Notes: generated by a model not told the origin, from the sequence alone. A stretch of 64,000 nt of DNA from an uncultured archaeon (GCA_963787445.1 CAWBCT010000005.1:160001-224000); one strand, 5' to 3'; positions 29,296-39,260 are shown, counted from the first letter of the stretch. Numbers and translations are program-made.

Positions 29296-32200
29296 TTGAT
29301 GGCTTCGGACGACGTTATTGACCCTTCCAAGATGGAGGCTCTGCCCGAAGAGGCGCTGGACGTCGTGGGGGAGCCGCCGACCACCGAGAACGCAGAACCC
29401 GGCACGGGCAGTGCACCGGCTCCTGAAGCGATCGGGCAGGAAAAACCGCACTCTAATGTAAAGATTATAATATATGCAGTCATTGCCCTGCTTGTGGTAG
29501 TGGCCGTCGTTGTGGTTGCGCTCAGCTACAGGACAAAGCCGGCGGGCGTGACCACGAGCAGCACCCTCCTGACCACGACCATAGGCCACAACGGCACGGT
29601 CGTGCTCGCTCCTGGCGCGGTCTCCTCCTGCGGAGTCATAAGGAAGCCGGGGACCTATTACCTTACCCAGGGCTTTAGCGTGGGCCTGAACTCGAGCCCC
29701 TGCCTGGCGGTCTACTCGAGCAACGTGAAGTTCGACGGGCACGGCTACAGCATAGAGGGCAGCGGTCCCTACATCATCACCGCAAACCCCACCTACGGGA
29801 TCTACGCAGCAAACCTCACCAACGTTACCATAGAGAACCTCTCGGTCTCCCAGTTCTCCTACGGGGTGTTCTTCTCGGGGATGTACGGCTCAAAGGCGCT
29901 CCGCGTCAAGGCGACAAACGCGACGGTTTCTGACTTCTACCTTTACAGGTCGACGAACAGCACGCTCGGCTATGACACTGCCTCGGGAGCGGAGAGCGCC
30001 TTCGGCGGGATCTACCTGAGCGGCGGGGGCTTCAACAACGTCTCGAACAGCGAGATCCAGTCCAACGCCTACTACGGGCTCTACCTCAACTCGAGCAACA
30101 ACACCTTCTTCAGGAACACCTTCGCGAGCAACCCGGTCGACCTGGTCTGCAGTGCCAACGCGAACGGGAGGAAGAGCAACGCCTTTGGCAACTCCAGCTG
30201 CCAGGTGAACCAGTACTGCAACTTCGCCAGCTGCAGCAGCCAGAACCTCCCCTACAGCGTGCAGAACACGCAGCTGCAGAAGGCCATAAACAGCTGCGGC
30301 TCGATAGTCTCCCACGGCGTCTACGAAGCGGGGTCGAGCCTCTCGCTCTCAAACTACGAGAACATCTCCAACCCCGCCTCGAAGAAAGACGCCTGTATAA
30401 CGATCGACTCGCCCGACGTCACGCTCAACTGCAACAACCGGACCATAGGCAACGCCTACTACGGGGTGCTGGAGCAGGGGCTTTACAACACGAGCATAGA
30501 GAACTGCGTGTTCGAGAATGACAGCTACGGCCTGTACCTGAAGAACACCATAGGCGCGAGCCTCACAAACCTCCAGGCGCAGGGCGGCATCTACGGCATT
30601 TACCTGAACAATGCGACCGGGACCGTGCTCACGAAGGTCCAGGCGCAGGACAACACCTTCGGGCTTTACCTCCAGGGCGCCTCGGGCAGCAGCATCTACA
30701 ACATGAACATGTACAACAACACCTACGGCGTCTACGTAAACGGGGCAGGGGCGAACGGGTACTACAGCGGAAGCACCAAAGGGAACCTGAAGGCCGACCT
30801 TTACTGCTCCGCAAACTCCTACAACTCCACGGGCAACTTCTACAAGCCGATCGCCTGCGGCTCCAGCGACTGCGCCTGGGCAACCTCGTGCACCAAGATT
30901 CTCAACCCGCCCATCCCGCTGACCCCGCTCTTCGGGTGCGGAACCATACAGGCTGCAGGGAACTACACCCTGAAGTCCAGCCTGCTGAACCCGACCAGAA
31001 CCGGCACATGCCTGACGATAAAGGCGAACAACGTCAGCATAAACTGCAACAATGAGATAATCCAGGGCGGCGGGCAGGCGGTCGGCACCGGGGTGAGCCT
31101 CCAGGGCGTCTCCAATTTCAGGCTCGACAACTGCAACCTGCGCGACTTCCAGTACGCAGTATCGGCCGCCAACGCCTCCTACCTGCAGCTGCAGAACCTG
31201 AACATAAGCACGGTTGGATCGGGCATCTACGCCAAGGGCGCGTTCTTCTCCACCGTCAGCAACGTCAGCGTGAACACGTTCAGCAACTACGGCTTCTACT
31301 TCAACAGGACAAACAGCACGGTGATTGCGAACGACTCGGTCCGGGACGGGATCAACGGCGCCTCCGCCTACTCGTTCTCCAACTTCTATAACAACATCGT
31401 GCTGAACAACAGCGTCGATAACGTGAACCCCTACGGGTTTGTCTTCCAATCGGCGAGGGGCAATAAGGTGTCGGGCAACAGCGCAACGGGCACGGCAGTC
31501 GCAGGCTACTCCTGCGACCCGGCGAGCTCCGGGCTCTTCTCCCAGGGAAGCTACGTGAACTACGGGGTGGGCAAGGTGGGCTGCGTCTGGATGATAGAGG
31601 TGAACCCCTCGGTGTCGCAGACCTGCGGCGCCATCTACAGCTCCGCCATAGTGCAGCTCAGCCAGGACATGCTGTACACGTTCGGCAACGCCTGCTACAC
31701 TGTCGGCACCACACAGACAGTGGTGAACGGCACGAGCAACAGGACCACAGTAAACAACACGATCATAAACTGCGGCGGGCACACGGTCGTCTCGGATTCC
31801 GGAGGAACCTTTGTGAGCGCCAGCACCAACGCGGGCGGGGTCGTGCTCGAGAACTGCTACATAAAGAACTTCACCACTGCGATGTACATCCAGGGTCCCG
31901 GGGCCACGGTCATTAACAACACGATCTCGAACGTGAAGAACGGGGTCTACATAAACGGCGGCAGCAACGCAAAGATACAGAACAACCAGATAACCAACTC
32001 CTCCTACGGGATCTACGTGGGCAACGCCAGGTTCGGCAGCATCCTGCAAAACAACATAACCAACACGAACACGAGCATCCAGCTGGTGGGCACCTCGGGC
32101 GAGATGGTGACCGGCAACAGGGTGAACAACGGCGGCTACGGGCTTTACCTCACGAACTCCAGCGTGGGCCTCTTCAAGAGCAACTACCTGCTCAACCAGT

Positions 32201-32334
32201 CCAAGGCGGGCGCGTTCTGCACCTCGAGCGCGGGCGGCGCCAACAGCATCAACCGGGACAGCGGCGGGAACGTCTGCTCCTCGAACTCAGGATGCACGTG
32301 GATGAGTAGCTCTCCTCTCTGCAAGGCAGGCTGA
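29296..32334 (+). CDS. Large membrane-anchored right-handed beta-helix (NosD/CASH-like) surface protein
   Basis: Acidic N-tail and TM; repeated YG-x-YL-x-x-x-x-N rungs; four Cys-capped modules. Confidence 0.85.
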   Translation: MMASDDVIDPSKMEALPEEALDVVGEPPTTENAEPGTGSAPAPEAIGQEKPHSNVKIIIYAVIALLVVVAVVVVALSYRTKPAGVTTSSTLLTTTIGHNGTVVLAPGAVSSCGVIRKPGTYYLTQGFSVGLNSSPCLAVYSSNVKFDGHGYSIEGSGPYIITANPTYGIYAANLTNVTIENLSVSQFSYGVFFSGMYGSKALRVKATNATVSDFYLYRSTNSTLGYDTASGAESAFGGIYLSGGGFNNVSNSEIQSNAYYGLYLNSSNNTFFRNTFASNPVDLVCSANANGRKSNAFGNSSCQVNQYCNFASCSSQNLPYSVQNTQLQKAINSCGSIVSHGVYEAGSSLSLSNYENISNPASKKDACITIDSPDVTLNCNNRTIGNAYYGVLEQGLYNTSIENCVFENDSYGLYLKNTIGASLTNLQAQGGIYGIYLNNATGTVLTKVQAQDNTFGLYLQGASGSSIYNMNMYNNTYGVYVNGAGANGYYSGSTKGNLKADLYCSANSYNSTGNFYKPIACGSSDCAWATSCTKILNPPIPLTPLFGCGTIQAAGNYTLKSSLLNPTRTGTCLTIKANNVSINCNNEIIQGGGQAVGTGVSLQGVSNFRLDNCNLRDFQYAVSAANASYLQLQNLNISTVGSGIYAKGAFFSTVSNVSVNTFSNYGFYFNRTNSTVIANDSVRDGINGASAYSFSNFYNNIVLNNSVDNVNPYGFVFQSARGNKVSGNSATGTAVAGYSCDPASSGLFSQGSYVNYGVGKVGCVWMIEVNPSVSQTCGAIYSSAIVQLSQDMLYTFGNACYTVGTTQTVVNGTSNRTTVNNTIINCGGHTVVSDSGGTFVSASTNAGGVVLENCYIKNFTTAMYIQGPGATVINNTISNVKNGVYINGGSNAKIQNNQITNSSYGIYVGNARFGSILQNNITNTNTSIQLVGTSGEMVTGNRVNNGGYGLYLTNSSVGLFKSNYLLNQSKAGAFCTSSAGGANSINRDSGGNVCSSNSGCTWMSSSPLCKAG

Positions 32335-32354
32335 GCCTTTGAGATGGCCCTGTG

Positions 32355-32495
32355 TTAGGTTGGCCGCAGCATTCTGTTTAGCATGCTGCCCATGCTGAGC
32401 GCGTCTGCCAATGTGTCCCTTTTTGGCACTCGCAGCGCACGCTGGACATGTATGATCTCGGGCTTCTTCTTAGCTATGGCATGTACCTTTCGCAT
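32355..32495 (-). CDS. Small basic hypothetical protein (46 aa), absent from the ORF track
   Basis: Translates as MRKVHAIAKKKPEIIHV...; GGTGG SD-like motif and TTTAAA upstream. Confidence 0.4.
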   Translation of the reverse strand: MRKVHAIAKKKPEIIHVQRALRVPKRDTLADALSMGSMLNRMLRPT

Positions 32496-32609
32496 CAAAT
32501 CCACCGGAAGGAGTATTTGCATAAAACTTTAAAAACCTATGTTCGCTGACTTACGATTACCGGCAAGCCATTTTTAAGCCTTTTGAGAGATATAGTAGCG
32601 TAGGTTAGC

Positions 32610-33860
32610 ATGAAGCAGAGGTCAGGCTCAATCAAAAAGGAGGAACGTGTTCTCGTTCTGGTCACAGACATAGACAATGATCTGTACAGGAAGACGGGCA
32701 TCTCGGGCCCGCTCCTCGGCAGGGTTCAGACATTCAACGGCGCGACGCAGCTCGCGCTCGCCGATCCCGAGGACACTGACTCGAACGCCATGTTCCAGGC
32801 GGTCAAGATGTACGACCAGCTGAAGGAAGACGGGTACACGGTCAACGTCGCCGCGATAACGGGAGCTGAGAGCGAGGGCTACGAAGCCGATAGAGAGATA
32901 GTCCGCCAGCTCGAGCTTGTGCTTGAGCAGTACAAGGCGGACAGCTGCGTCTTCGTCACCGATGGCGCGAGCGACAAGCGCGTGCTCCCGATCGTGCAGG
33001 CGCGCATCAAGGTGAACAGCATACAAGTGGTCATAGTCAAGCAGGCGGAGAATCTTGAGAACACGTACTTCACCGTGCTGGAGAAGCTCAAGGAGCCCCA
33101 CTATGCAAGGATAATATTCGGCATACCCGCGGTCCTTCTGATACTTTTCGCAATAAGCTACATCGCCGGCACCGGCTGGGAGGCCCCTGCGGCGCTGGTG
33201 GGACTTTATCTTCTCATCAAGGGCTTCGGGCTCGAGAGCTCGCTGCTCGAGTCGTTCCGCAGCTTCGGCTTCAGCATAGACCGGATGAGCTTCGTCTTCT
33301 ACCTTGCATCCATCGTCTTCATAGTCGCGGGCTTCTTCATAGGTCTTGGCAATTACAACGCCCAGATCGCACTAAACAGCAGCAGCGGAGTGCTCGCTGC
33401 CGCATATGCCCTGCAGGGCTTCCTGCTCCTCCTGCCGGTGGTCCTGGTGCTCTACCTGCTAGGCAGGATAATCGACACGAGGAGCACGCGTTACCTCTTC
33501 AGGGGCTTTAGGTACGGGATGTACATCGGCTCCTCTATCATACTCTGGGTCCTGCTGTACTCGTTCATGGCGTGGATACTCGGCCAGATCTACTTCAGCT
33601 CTTTCATCGACCTATCGATAGCCGCAATTGTGCTAGGAATAGGCATCTCGTTCGTTGCGAGCAGCCTGAGGTCCGCGGTGATCAAGACCAAGAGGCTCAA
33701 CGGCAAGCTTGTCGTGAACGAGCTCGGGGCGCTGATAGGAAAAGTGGCGAGGATAGACCTGAAGCGCGGGAGGTTCATCATCAACACCAGCTTCGGAAAC
33801 CCCGTCAATTACAGCATAGACAGGATAGTTGAGATCTCGGACAAGGTAGTCGTGAAGTAA
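32610..33860 (+). CDS. DUF373 family membrane protein with C-terminal PRC-barrel-like domain
   Basis: LVLVTDIDNDL, LALADPEDTDSN and VTDGASD motifs; about 6 TMs. Confidence 0.88.
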   Translation: MKQRSGSIKKEERVLVLVTDIDNDLYRKTGISGPLLGRVQTFNGATQLALADPEDTDSNAMFQAVKMYDQLKEDGYTVNVAAITGAESEGYEADREIVRQLELVLEQYKADSCVFVTDGASDKRVLPIVQARIKVNSIQVVIVKQAENLENTYFTVLEKLKEPHYARIIFGIPAVLLILFAISYIAGTGWEAPAALVGLYLLIKGFGLESSLLESFRSFGFSIDRMSFVFYLASIVFIVAGFFIGLGNYNAQIALNSSSGVLAAAYALQGFLLLLPVVLVLYLLGRIIDTRSTRYLFRGFRYGMYIGSSIILWVLLYSFMAWILGQIYFSSFIDLSIAAIVLGIGISFVASSLRSAVIKTKRLNGKLVVNELGALIGKVARIDLKRGRFIINTSFGNPVNYSIDRIVEISDKVVVK

Positions 33861-33861
33861 A
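33834..33861 (+). repeat. Direct repeat copy 1 (3' end of the DUF373 gene)
   Basis: ATCTCGGACAAGGTAGTCGTGAAGTAAA, identical to 37742..37769. Confidence 0.9.
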
Positions 33862-33893
33862 AAGATTCGCTTGTTTTTATCTTAACTTGTCCA

Positions 33894-36800
33894 TCAGAAG
33901 CTATCTGTAGTGTGCTTCTTCCTCTTCTTGAGGGAGTAGTACACTATGCCAGCGACCGCAAGGACCGCTACAACCGCACCCACTGCTATCAAGGCGTTGT
34001 TGCCCGAGCCAGTATTTCCATAAGTGCCGATTGTTGTTTGAGGCGTCGTTGACGCTGCAATAGTGGTAGTCGTGGTAGTGACATTGTTGGTCTGGAAGAG
34101 TGCAACGATAGGGTCGTTAGGAATCATGAACGACACGGTGCAGGTTGCCGGGTCTACAATGAAGGGCGTAATCGCCACCCATGTGCTGGTGCTCTGTATG
34201 TACTCGTACGGTGCAAGTCCGGCGCTTGGCACTCCGCAATTGTACTTAGCAACCACCGAGGTCCTTATATCTGCGGTGGTGTTGACCGTTATGTTCAATG
34301 CTAGGACAGTATGCCAGCCTGGCGGCGCAGTTGTTGTATTTGTCGCGTCTGTCACGGTTATTGTGGCGCTTCCGCCTGATACCGCACCCAGAGAGACTGT
34401 TGTGGCTAAATTGTTGAAGTTTATATCCGTATTTGAGTCGGGGGTGAAGTTAACCGATACGGGAGTTACTACGGGTATGCTTGGTATCGTTGTCGTAGCC
34501 ACGGTAGACACCACAGTTGAGGTTCCTGTTGTTTCTGCCGTTGTGGTAGTTGTATTTGTGGTGGTAGTGGTGCTGGTTGCACTTCCGCCGCCGCCACCCC
34601 CTCCGCCGCCACCACCGCCGCCCGGTACCGGGCTCACCATCAGGGTAGAGGTCGTTGTGTTTGTTGTGTAATTTGCGTTTCCGTTACTGAAGGCGAAGTT
34701 GAATGTTCCTGCGTTCTCGAATGTGGACCAGGTTATTGTAGAATTGGTCATTCCGTAGAGAGCGCCGTTCACAAACAGGGACCACTGGGTTTGGTTTTTG
34801 ATAGTCAATGAACCGGTGAAGGTCTCGGCTACCGGGGTGTAGAAGGATGCCGACGTAGGTCCTGTCACGCTTGAGCTGAGCAAGGAGTTCATCGATACTA
34901 CCAAAACGTTTGCAATTTGTGGCAGGGCGTATGGCGTAGTCACGCCGTTGTCTTTCGCAATTACATTAAAGGTATATGAGCCTGAACCGGGCGTAGTCAG
35001 GATATTAGATGAGATGAATGTGTTTGCCGTGACTGAGTTCGAGGCACCGACTCCGTTGATTGTCCACGCATATACAAAGTTTCCTGTCCCGCTTCCGCCC
35101 GTCACTACCGCATTGAAAGTTACGGTGCTTCCGTAAGCAAAGGAGTTTGAAGAGACGCCTGCCGCTGTCTTGGCCGAGAGCGTTATCGTAGGCTGTGTGA
35201 AGACTGTTATGCTTGAACTCTTGATCGAATTTGTAGATAACAATGAATTATCCGTGATTATTACGTTTGCGGCAAGTGTGTTTCCAGCGGTAGCCGCATT
35301 AGGCGTGAATGAGAAGGTGTTGCTGGTTCCTGATACTCCAACCCAGAGTTGGTTTGCTACGAGTGCGCCAGTGACCGTGTTGGTTACTAGGTAATTGTAG
35401 GTGTAGGGACCTGTGCCGACAGAGCCGCCTGGCAGTGATGCAGTTATCGAAACTGATTGGACTGATGCTTCCAATGAGTATGCAGATGATGGTGTTATTG
35501 TAGGAACTCCTAACCCCTGGTCTATCGTGATCGTGCCCGTCTTTACCGAGTTGACCGTTTCTGGGGTGGTTGCCGAGTCGGTTATTATGACGTTCGCGGC
35601 AAGTGTGTTTCCGACGAGGTTTGCATTAGAAGTGAAGACGAATGAGTTGCTTGTGCCTACGACTCCGATGTACAACTGGTTTGCAACGCGTGCGCCGGTG
35701 ATCGTGTTAACCACGAGGTAGTTGTACGTGTACGGGGATGTTCCGGTACTTCCTCCCGGAAGCGTCGCGGTGATGGTTATGGACTGTCCTGCATCGAGGG
35801 TGTTTGCGGCGGAGGGGGTTATTGTCGGGGTGCCGAGAGCCTGGTCTATCGTGATCGTGCCCGTCTTTACCGAGTTGACCGTTTCTGGGGTGGTTGCCGA
35901 GTCGGTTATTATGACGTTCGCGGCAAGTGTGTTTCCGACGAGGTTTGCATTAGAAGTGAAGACGAATGAGTTGCTTGTGCCTACGACTCCGATGTACAAC
36001 TGGTTTGCAACGCGTGCGCCGGTGATTGTGTTAACCACGAGGTAGTTGTACGTGTACGGGGATGTTCCGGTACTTCCTCCCGGAAGCGTCGCGGTGATGG
36101 TTATGGACTGTCCTGCATCGAGGGTGTTTGCGGCGGAGGGGGTTATTGTCGGGGTGCCGAGAGCCTGGTCTATCGTGATCGTGCCCGTCTTTACCGAGTT
36201 GACCGTTTCTGGAGTGGTTGCCGAGTCGGTTATTATGACGTTCGCGGCAAGTGTGTTTCCGACGAGGTTTGCATTAGAAGTGAAGACGAATGAGTTGCTT
36301 GTGCCTACGACTCCGATGTACAACTGGTTTGCAACGCGTGCGCCGGTGATCGTGTTAACCACGAGGTAGTTGTACGTGTACGGGGATGTTCCGGTACTTC
36401 CTCCCGGAAGCGTCGCGGTGATGGTTATGGACTGTCCTGCATCGAGGGTGTTTGCGGCGGAGGGGGTTATTGTCGGGGTGCCGAGAGCCTGGTCTATCGT
36501 GATCGTGCCCGTCTTTACCGAGTTGACCGTTTCTGGAGTGGTTGCCGAGTCGGTTATTATGACGTTCGCGGCAAGTGTGTTTCCGACGAGGTTTGCATTA
36601 GAAGTGAAGACGAATGAGTTGCTTGTGCCTACGACTCCGATGTACAACTGGTTTGCAACGCGTGCGCCGGTGATCGTGTTAACCACGAGGTAGTTGTACG
36701 TGTACGGGGATGTTCCGGTACTTCCTCCCGGAAGCGTCGCGGTGATGGTTATGGACTGTCCTGCATCGAGGGTGTTTGCGGCGGAGGGGGTTATTGTCGG

Positions 36801-37616
36801 GGTGCCGAGAGCCTGGTCTATCGTGATCGTGCCCGTCTTTACCGAGTTGACCGTTTCTGGAGTGGTTGCCGAGTCGGTTATTATGACGTTCGCGGCAAGT
36901 GTGTTTCCGACGAGGTTTGCATTAGAAGTGAAGACGAATGTGTTGCTTGTGCCTACGACTCCGACGTACAACTGGTTTGCAATTAGTGCGCCCGTTATCG
37001 TGTTAACCACGAGGTAGTTGTACGTGTACGGGGATGTTCCGGTACTTCCTCCCGGAAGCGTCGCGGTGATGGTTATGGACTGTCCTGCATCGAGGGTGTT
37101 TGTGGCGGAGGGGGTTATTGTCGGGGTGCCGAGAGCCTGGTCTATCGTCAGCGTGTTTCCGATGGTTGTGATGGTGTTTGTGCCGCTCTGGTCCTCTGCT
37201 AATCCATTGAAGACCCATGCGCCATATATGGTGTTTACGCCTGTCGTGGTCAAGGTCAGGGAGTTACCCGGGGCAAACGTGTTGAATGTGAACTGAACCT
37301 GGGTGCTTGATATGGCACTGACGGTAAGGGTGAGTGCGTTGTTCGTGTTTAGTTCAAAGTTTATCGTGTTTCCGGAAATGATATTAGAGGCGCTTGGAGC
37401 GGTGTACATCCAGTTTCCTATGAAGGAGGTTGCTATTGCATTGCTTATTACGGTGTTAAATGTGGAAACTTGGCCTATGTCGATTATAGTGTTTGAGACT
37501 GTGGGGGGGTTAGGCGTTGCAACAATCGGGGCTGCAAATACTATGGAAGTGGACATCAAGAACATTAGAGTTACAAGAATGGCTTTTAGCCTGAGTCGCA
37601 TAGTACCACTAAGCAC
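33894..37616 (-). CDS. Large Thr-rich surface protein/adhesin with tandem 108-aa Ig-like repeats and C-terminal TM anchor
   Basis: Signal peptide; five near-identical repeats plus one diverged copy; poly-Gly and poly-Thr linkers; TM followed by KKRKK tail. Confidence 0.88.
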   Translation of the reverse strand: MLSGTMRLRLKAILVTLMFLMSTSIVFAAPIVATPNPPTVSNTIIDIGQVSTFNTVISNAIATSFIGNWMYTAPSASNIISGNTINFELNTNNALTLTVSAISSTQVQFTFNTFAPGNSLTLTTTGVNTIYGAWVFNGLAEDQSGTNTITTIGNTLTIDQALGTPTITPSATNTLDAGQSITITATLPGGSTGTSPYTYNYLVVNTITGALIANQLYVGVVGTSNTFVFTSNANLVGNTLAANVIITDSATTPETVNSVKTGTITIDQALGTPTITPSAANTLDAGQSITITATLPGGSTGTSPYTYNYLVVNTITGARVANQLYIGVVGTSNSFVFTSNANLVGNTLAANVIITDSATTPETVNSVKTGTITIDQALGTPTITPSAANTLDAGQSITITATLPGGSTGTSPYTYNYLVVNTITGARVANQLYIGVVGTSNSFVFTSNANLVGNTLAANVIITDSATTPETVNSVKTGTITIDQALGTPTITPSAANTLDAGQSITITATLPGGSTGTSPYTYNYLVVNTITGARVANQLYIGVVGTSNSFVFTSNANLVGNTLAANVIITDSATTPETVNSVKTGTITIDQALGTPTITPSAANTLDAGQSITITATLPGGSTGTSPYTYNYLVVNTITGARVANQLYIGVVGTSNSFVFTSNANLVGNTLAANVIITDSATTPETVNSVKTGTITIDQGLGVPTITPSSAYSLEASVQSVSITASLPGGSVGTGPYTYNYLVTNTVTGALVANQLWVGVSGTSNTFSFTPNAATAGNTLAANVIITDNSLLSTNSIKSSSITVFTQPTITLSAKTAAGVSSNSFAYGSTVTFNAVVTGGSGTGNFVYAWTINGVGASNSVTANTFISSNILTTPGSGSYTFNVIAKDNGVTTPYALPQIANVLVVSMNSLLSSSVTGPTSASFYTPVAETFTGSLTIKNQTQWSLFVNGALYGMTNSTITWSTFENAGTFNFAFSNGNANYTTNTTTSTLMVSPVPGGGGGGGGGGGGGSATSTTTTTNTTTTTAETTGTSTVVSTVATTTIPSIPVVTPVSVNFTPDSNTDINFNNLATTVSLGAVSGGSATITVTDATNTTTAPPGWHTVLALNITVNTTADIRTSVVAKYNCGVPSAGLAPYEYIQSTSTWVAITPFIVDPATCTVSFMIPNDPIVALFQTNNVTTTTTTIAASTTPQTTIGTYGNTGSGNNALIAVGAVVAVLAVAGIVYYSLKKRKKHTTDSF
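35516..37148. repeat. Intragenic tandem repeat, 324-bp unit, about five near-identical copies
   Basis: Antisense ORFs recur at 35722, 36046, 36370, 36694 and 37018 (period 324). Confidence 0.97.
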
Positions 37617-37719
37617 TAAAAGTAATAAACTTCATAGTATTTAAAGTCAACTACGACGGAATAAGTTGCATTCTGCACATTGTTGTACGAGTAGACCCAA
37701 GAGTAGTTCAATGGCGAAT

Positions 37720-37769
37720 AGCCTGAGGTCCGATAGCCGAAATCTCGGACAAGGTAGTCGTGAAGTAAA
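37720..37769 (+). repeat. Direct repeat copy 2: internally deleted remnant of the DUF373 3' end
   Basis: AGCCTGAGGTCCG (=33663-33675) joined to a near copy of 33824-33861. Confidence 0.85.
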
Positions 37770-37784
37770 GCTCAGGGTGCTTGC

Positions 37785-38069
37785 TTATCTTTTAGGGGCG
37801 TTGAAGATTACCTCAAGCTCCTTCGAAAGTTCTAGGACTTTCTTGCCTCTTTCGGTTGTCTTATACGCTATTACCCTTCTGCCCGTCTTTGACTTGATTA
37901 TTACTTCCCCCATGACCCTTATTTCAAGGAGTTCATGAATCCGCTTCGAGATTGTTGCGGAGCTCAGCCGCTTTCCTGCAATAGATATCCTCGTAAAATC
38001 GTTGAATGACTTTGGCTCACCGCCATTCGCCATTTTTAACATCTCAAGGACTCCTCTTATCATTATCAT
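37785..38069 (-). CDS. Winged-helix (HxlR-like) regulator
   Basis: SFNDF...LSSATISKRIHEL...YKTTERG. Confidence 0.8.
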   Translation of the reverse strand: MIMIRGVLEMLKMANGGEPKSFNDFTRISIAGKRLSSATISKRIHELLEIRVMGEVIIKSKTGRRVIAYKTTERGKKVLELSKELEVIFNAPKR

Positions 38070-38269
38070 AATAACACGCTTTAACATTGATAGCATGCAT
38101 ATATAAACTTTAAACTTGTTCAATATTTTTGGATTCTAAAGTTTGCTTTTCAAATATGCATTTTTAATAGAAATAACATGTTATATAACCAGGCGCTTGG
38201 TCTGCCGATAGAAAATGTATTGCAACAGTTTTTATATCCTAACTTCTTCTTGATTATCGGTTTGAGTGC

Positions 38270-38884
38270 ATGGTTTTCATAGATGATCTGGCTATAGAGC
38301 TCTTCAGCGTAGCGTTTGTAGGCTTCCTTACCCTGTACATGATAGTGAGGATGTATCTCTCTTACAGGAGAGGCGAGAAGAACCTCGAGAGCCAGCTGCG
38401 CTCGGGCATAATACCAATGGCAATCCTCGGCTCGTTCATCTTTGTATTGGCCCTGTACGGCGAGCTCGCATGGCCCCTCTCAGGCTCTTACAACATCCTA
38501 TTCTACGACCCGCTCATCATGCTCGGGGTGCTTATTCTGGGCGCTACAGCCTCGATAATGCTTAAGGAGAAGATGCAAAACGTAGGCTTCCTTGCGTTAA
38601 TGAGCGGGCTGGTCATCGCCTACTATGGCATCAGCGGGTATATGATAAACCTTACGGCTGCGCCTATCGCACTCCTGGGGCTGTTTGGCTTTGCCGGACT
38701 CTCCGGTGTATTCTTTTACCCCGTAACTCTCATGATCGACAGGACGCCGATCCACAAGAGCAATGTTTCGGGGGCCTGGCTTGCGGCGCTGGTGCTGTTC
38801 TGCCTGTTCTTGTTCCTCACCGCGTGCCTTGCTGCCTACGTGGGATACGCGGCTGTGCCTGCGCACCTGCTCTCTCCGCCGTGA
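38270..38884 (+). CDS. DUF981 family membrane protein
   Basis: MVFIDDL and WPLSGSYNILFYDP motifs; 6 TMs. Confidence 0.88.
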   Translation: MVFIDDLAIELFSVAFVGFLTLYMIVRMYLSYRRGEKNLESQLRSGIIPMAILGSFIFVLALYGELAWPLSGSYNILFYDPLIMLGVLILGATASIMLKEKMQNVGFLALMSGLVIAYYGISGYMINLTAAPIALLGLFGFAGLSGVFFYPVTLMIDRTPIHKSNVSGAWLAALVLFCLFLFLTACLAAYVGYAAVPAHLLSPP

Positions 38885-38926
38885 GGGAGAATAAAATAAA
38901 CCTCATATAGATATTGGGCCGATAAA

Positions 38927-39106
38927 ATGGGAAACTTCCAATGCAGCCAATGCGGGGATACTTTCGACAGCGCGGACGAGCTGGCGTTCCACATCAAGGA
39001 CGACCACTCCTCGGAGGAGGACGAGTTCGAGTGCTCCAAGTGCGGTGAGCGGTTCGAGTCAAAGGAGGAACTCAAGGAGCACATGGACTCTGCGCACAGC
39101 GGCTGA
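38927..39106 (+). CDS. Tandem C2H2 zinc-finger microprotein (59 aa), absent from the ORF track
   Basis: Translates as MGNFQCSQCGDTFDSADELAFHIKDDHSSEEDEFECSKCGERFESKEELKEHMDSAHSG. Confidence 0.88.
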   Translation: MGNFQCSQCGDTFDSADELAFHIKDDHSSEEDEFECSKCGERFESKEELKEHMDSAHSG

Positions 39107-39136
39107 TACGTCTTCTGGATATGAACTATAAGCATT

Positions 39137-39260
39137 CGCCAGGGTAGGGATTTGAACCCTAAAGCCCTTGCGGGCACCGGTTAGCCTGTTGCATCACTGA
39201 TCAGCTCTTGGAACTTTGCAAGTTCAAGACCGGCGCGTTACCGGATTCTGCCACCCTGGC
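39137..39260 (-). tRNA. tRNA-Ser(TGA) with a 40-nt intron (39183-39222) at position 37/38
   Basis: GCCAGGG/CCCTGGC acceptor; long variable arm; canonical bulge-helix-bulge (CTTG/CAGG helix, 3-nt bulges, TTGCA/TGCAA). Confidence 0.93.

Noticed and set aside
30349-32049. Long antisense ORFs (also 10062-10967, 26440-27519, 47458-48543, 60811-61620)
   Set aside because: They are shadows of GC3-rich genes on the opposite strand and show no motifs
34584-34625. Poly-Gly GGN microsatellite as a phase-variation tract
   Set aside because: It uses mixed codons in frame and is an ordinary linker of surface proteins
35516-37148. CRISPR array or repeated independent genes on the + strand
   Set aside because: The 324-bp units have no spacers and are in frame within one minus-strand gene; the + ORFs are antisense shadows
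39183-39222. tRNA-Ser intron as a novelty
   Set aside because: Canonical 37/38 position with a standard BHB motif; common in archaea
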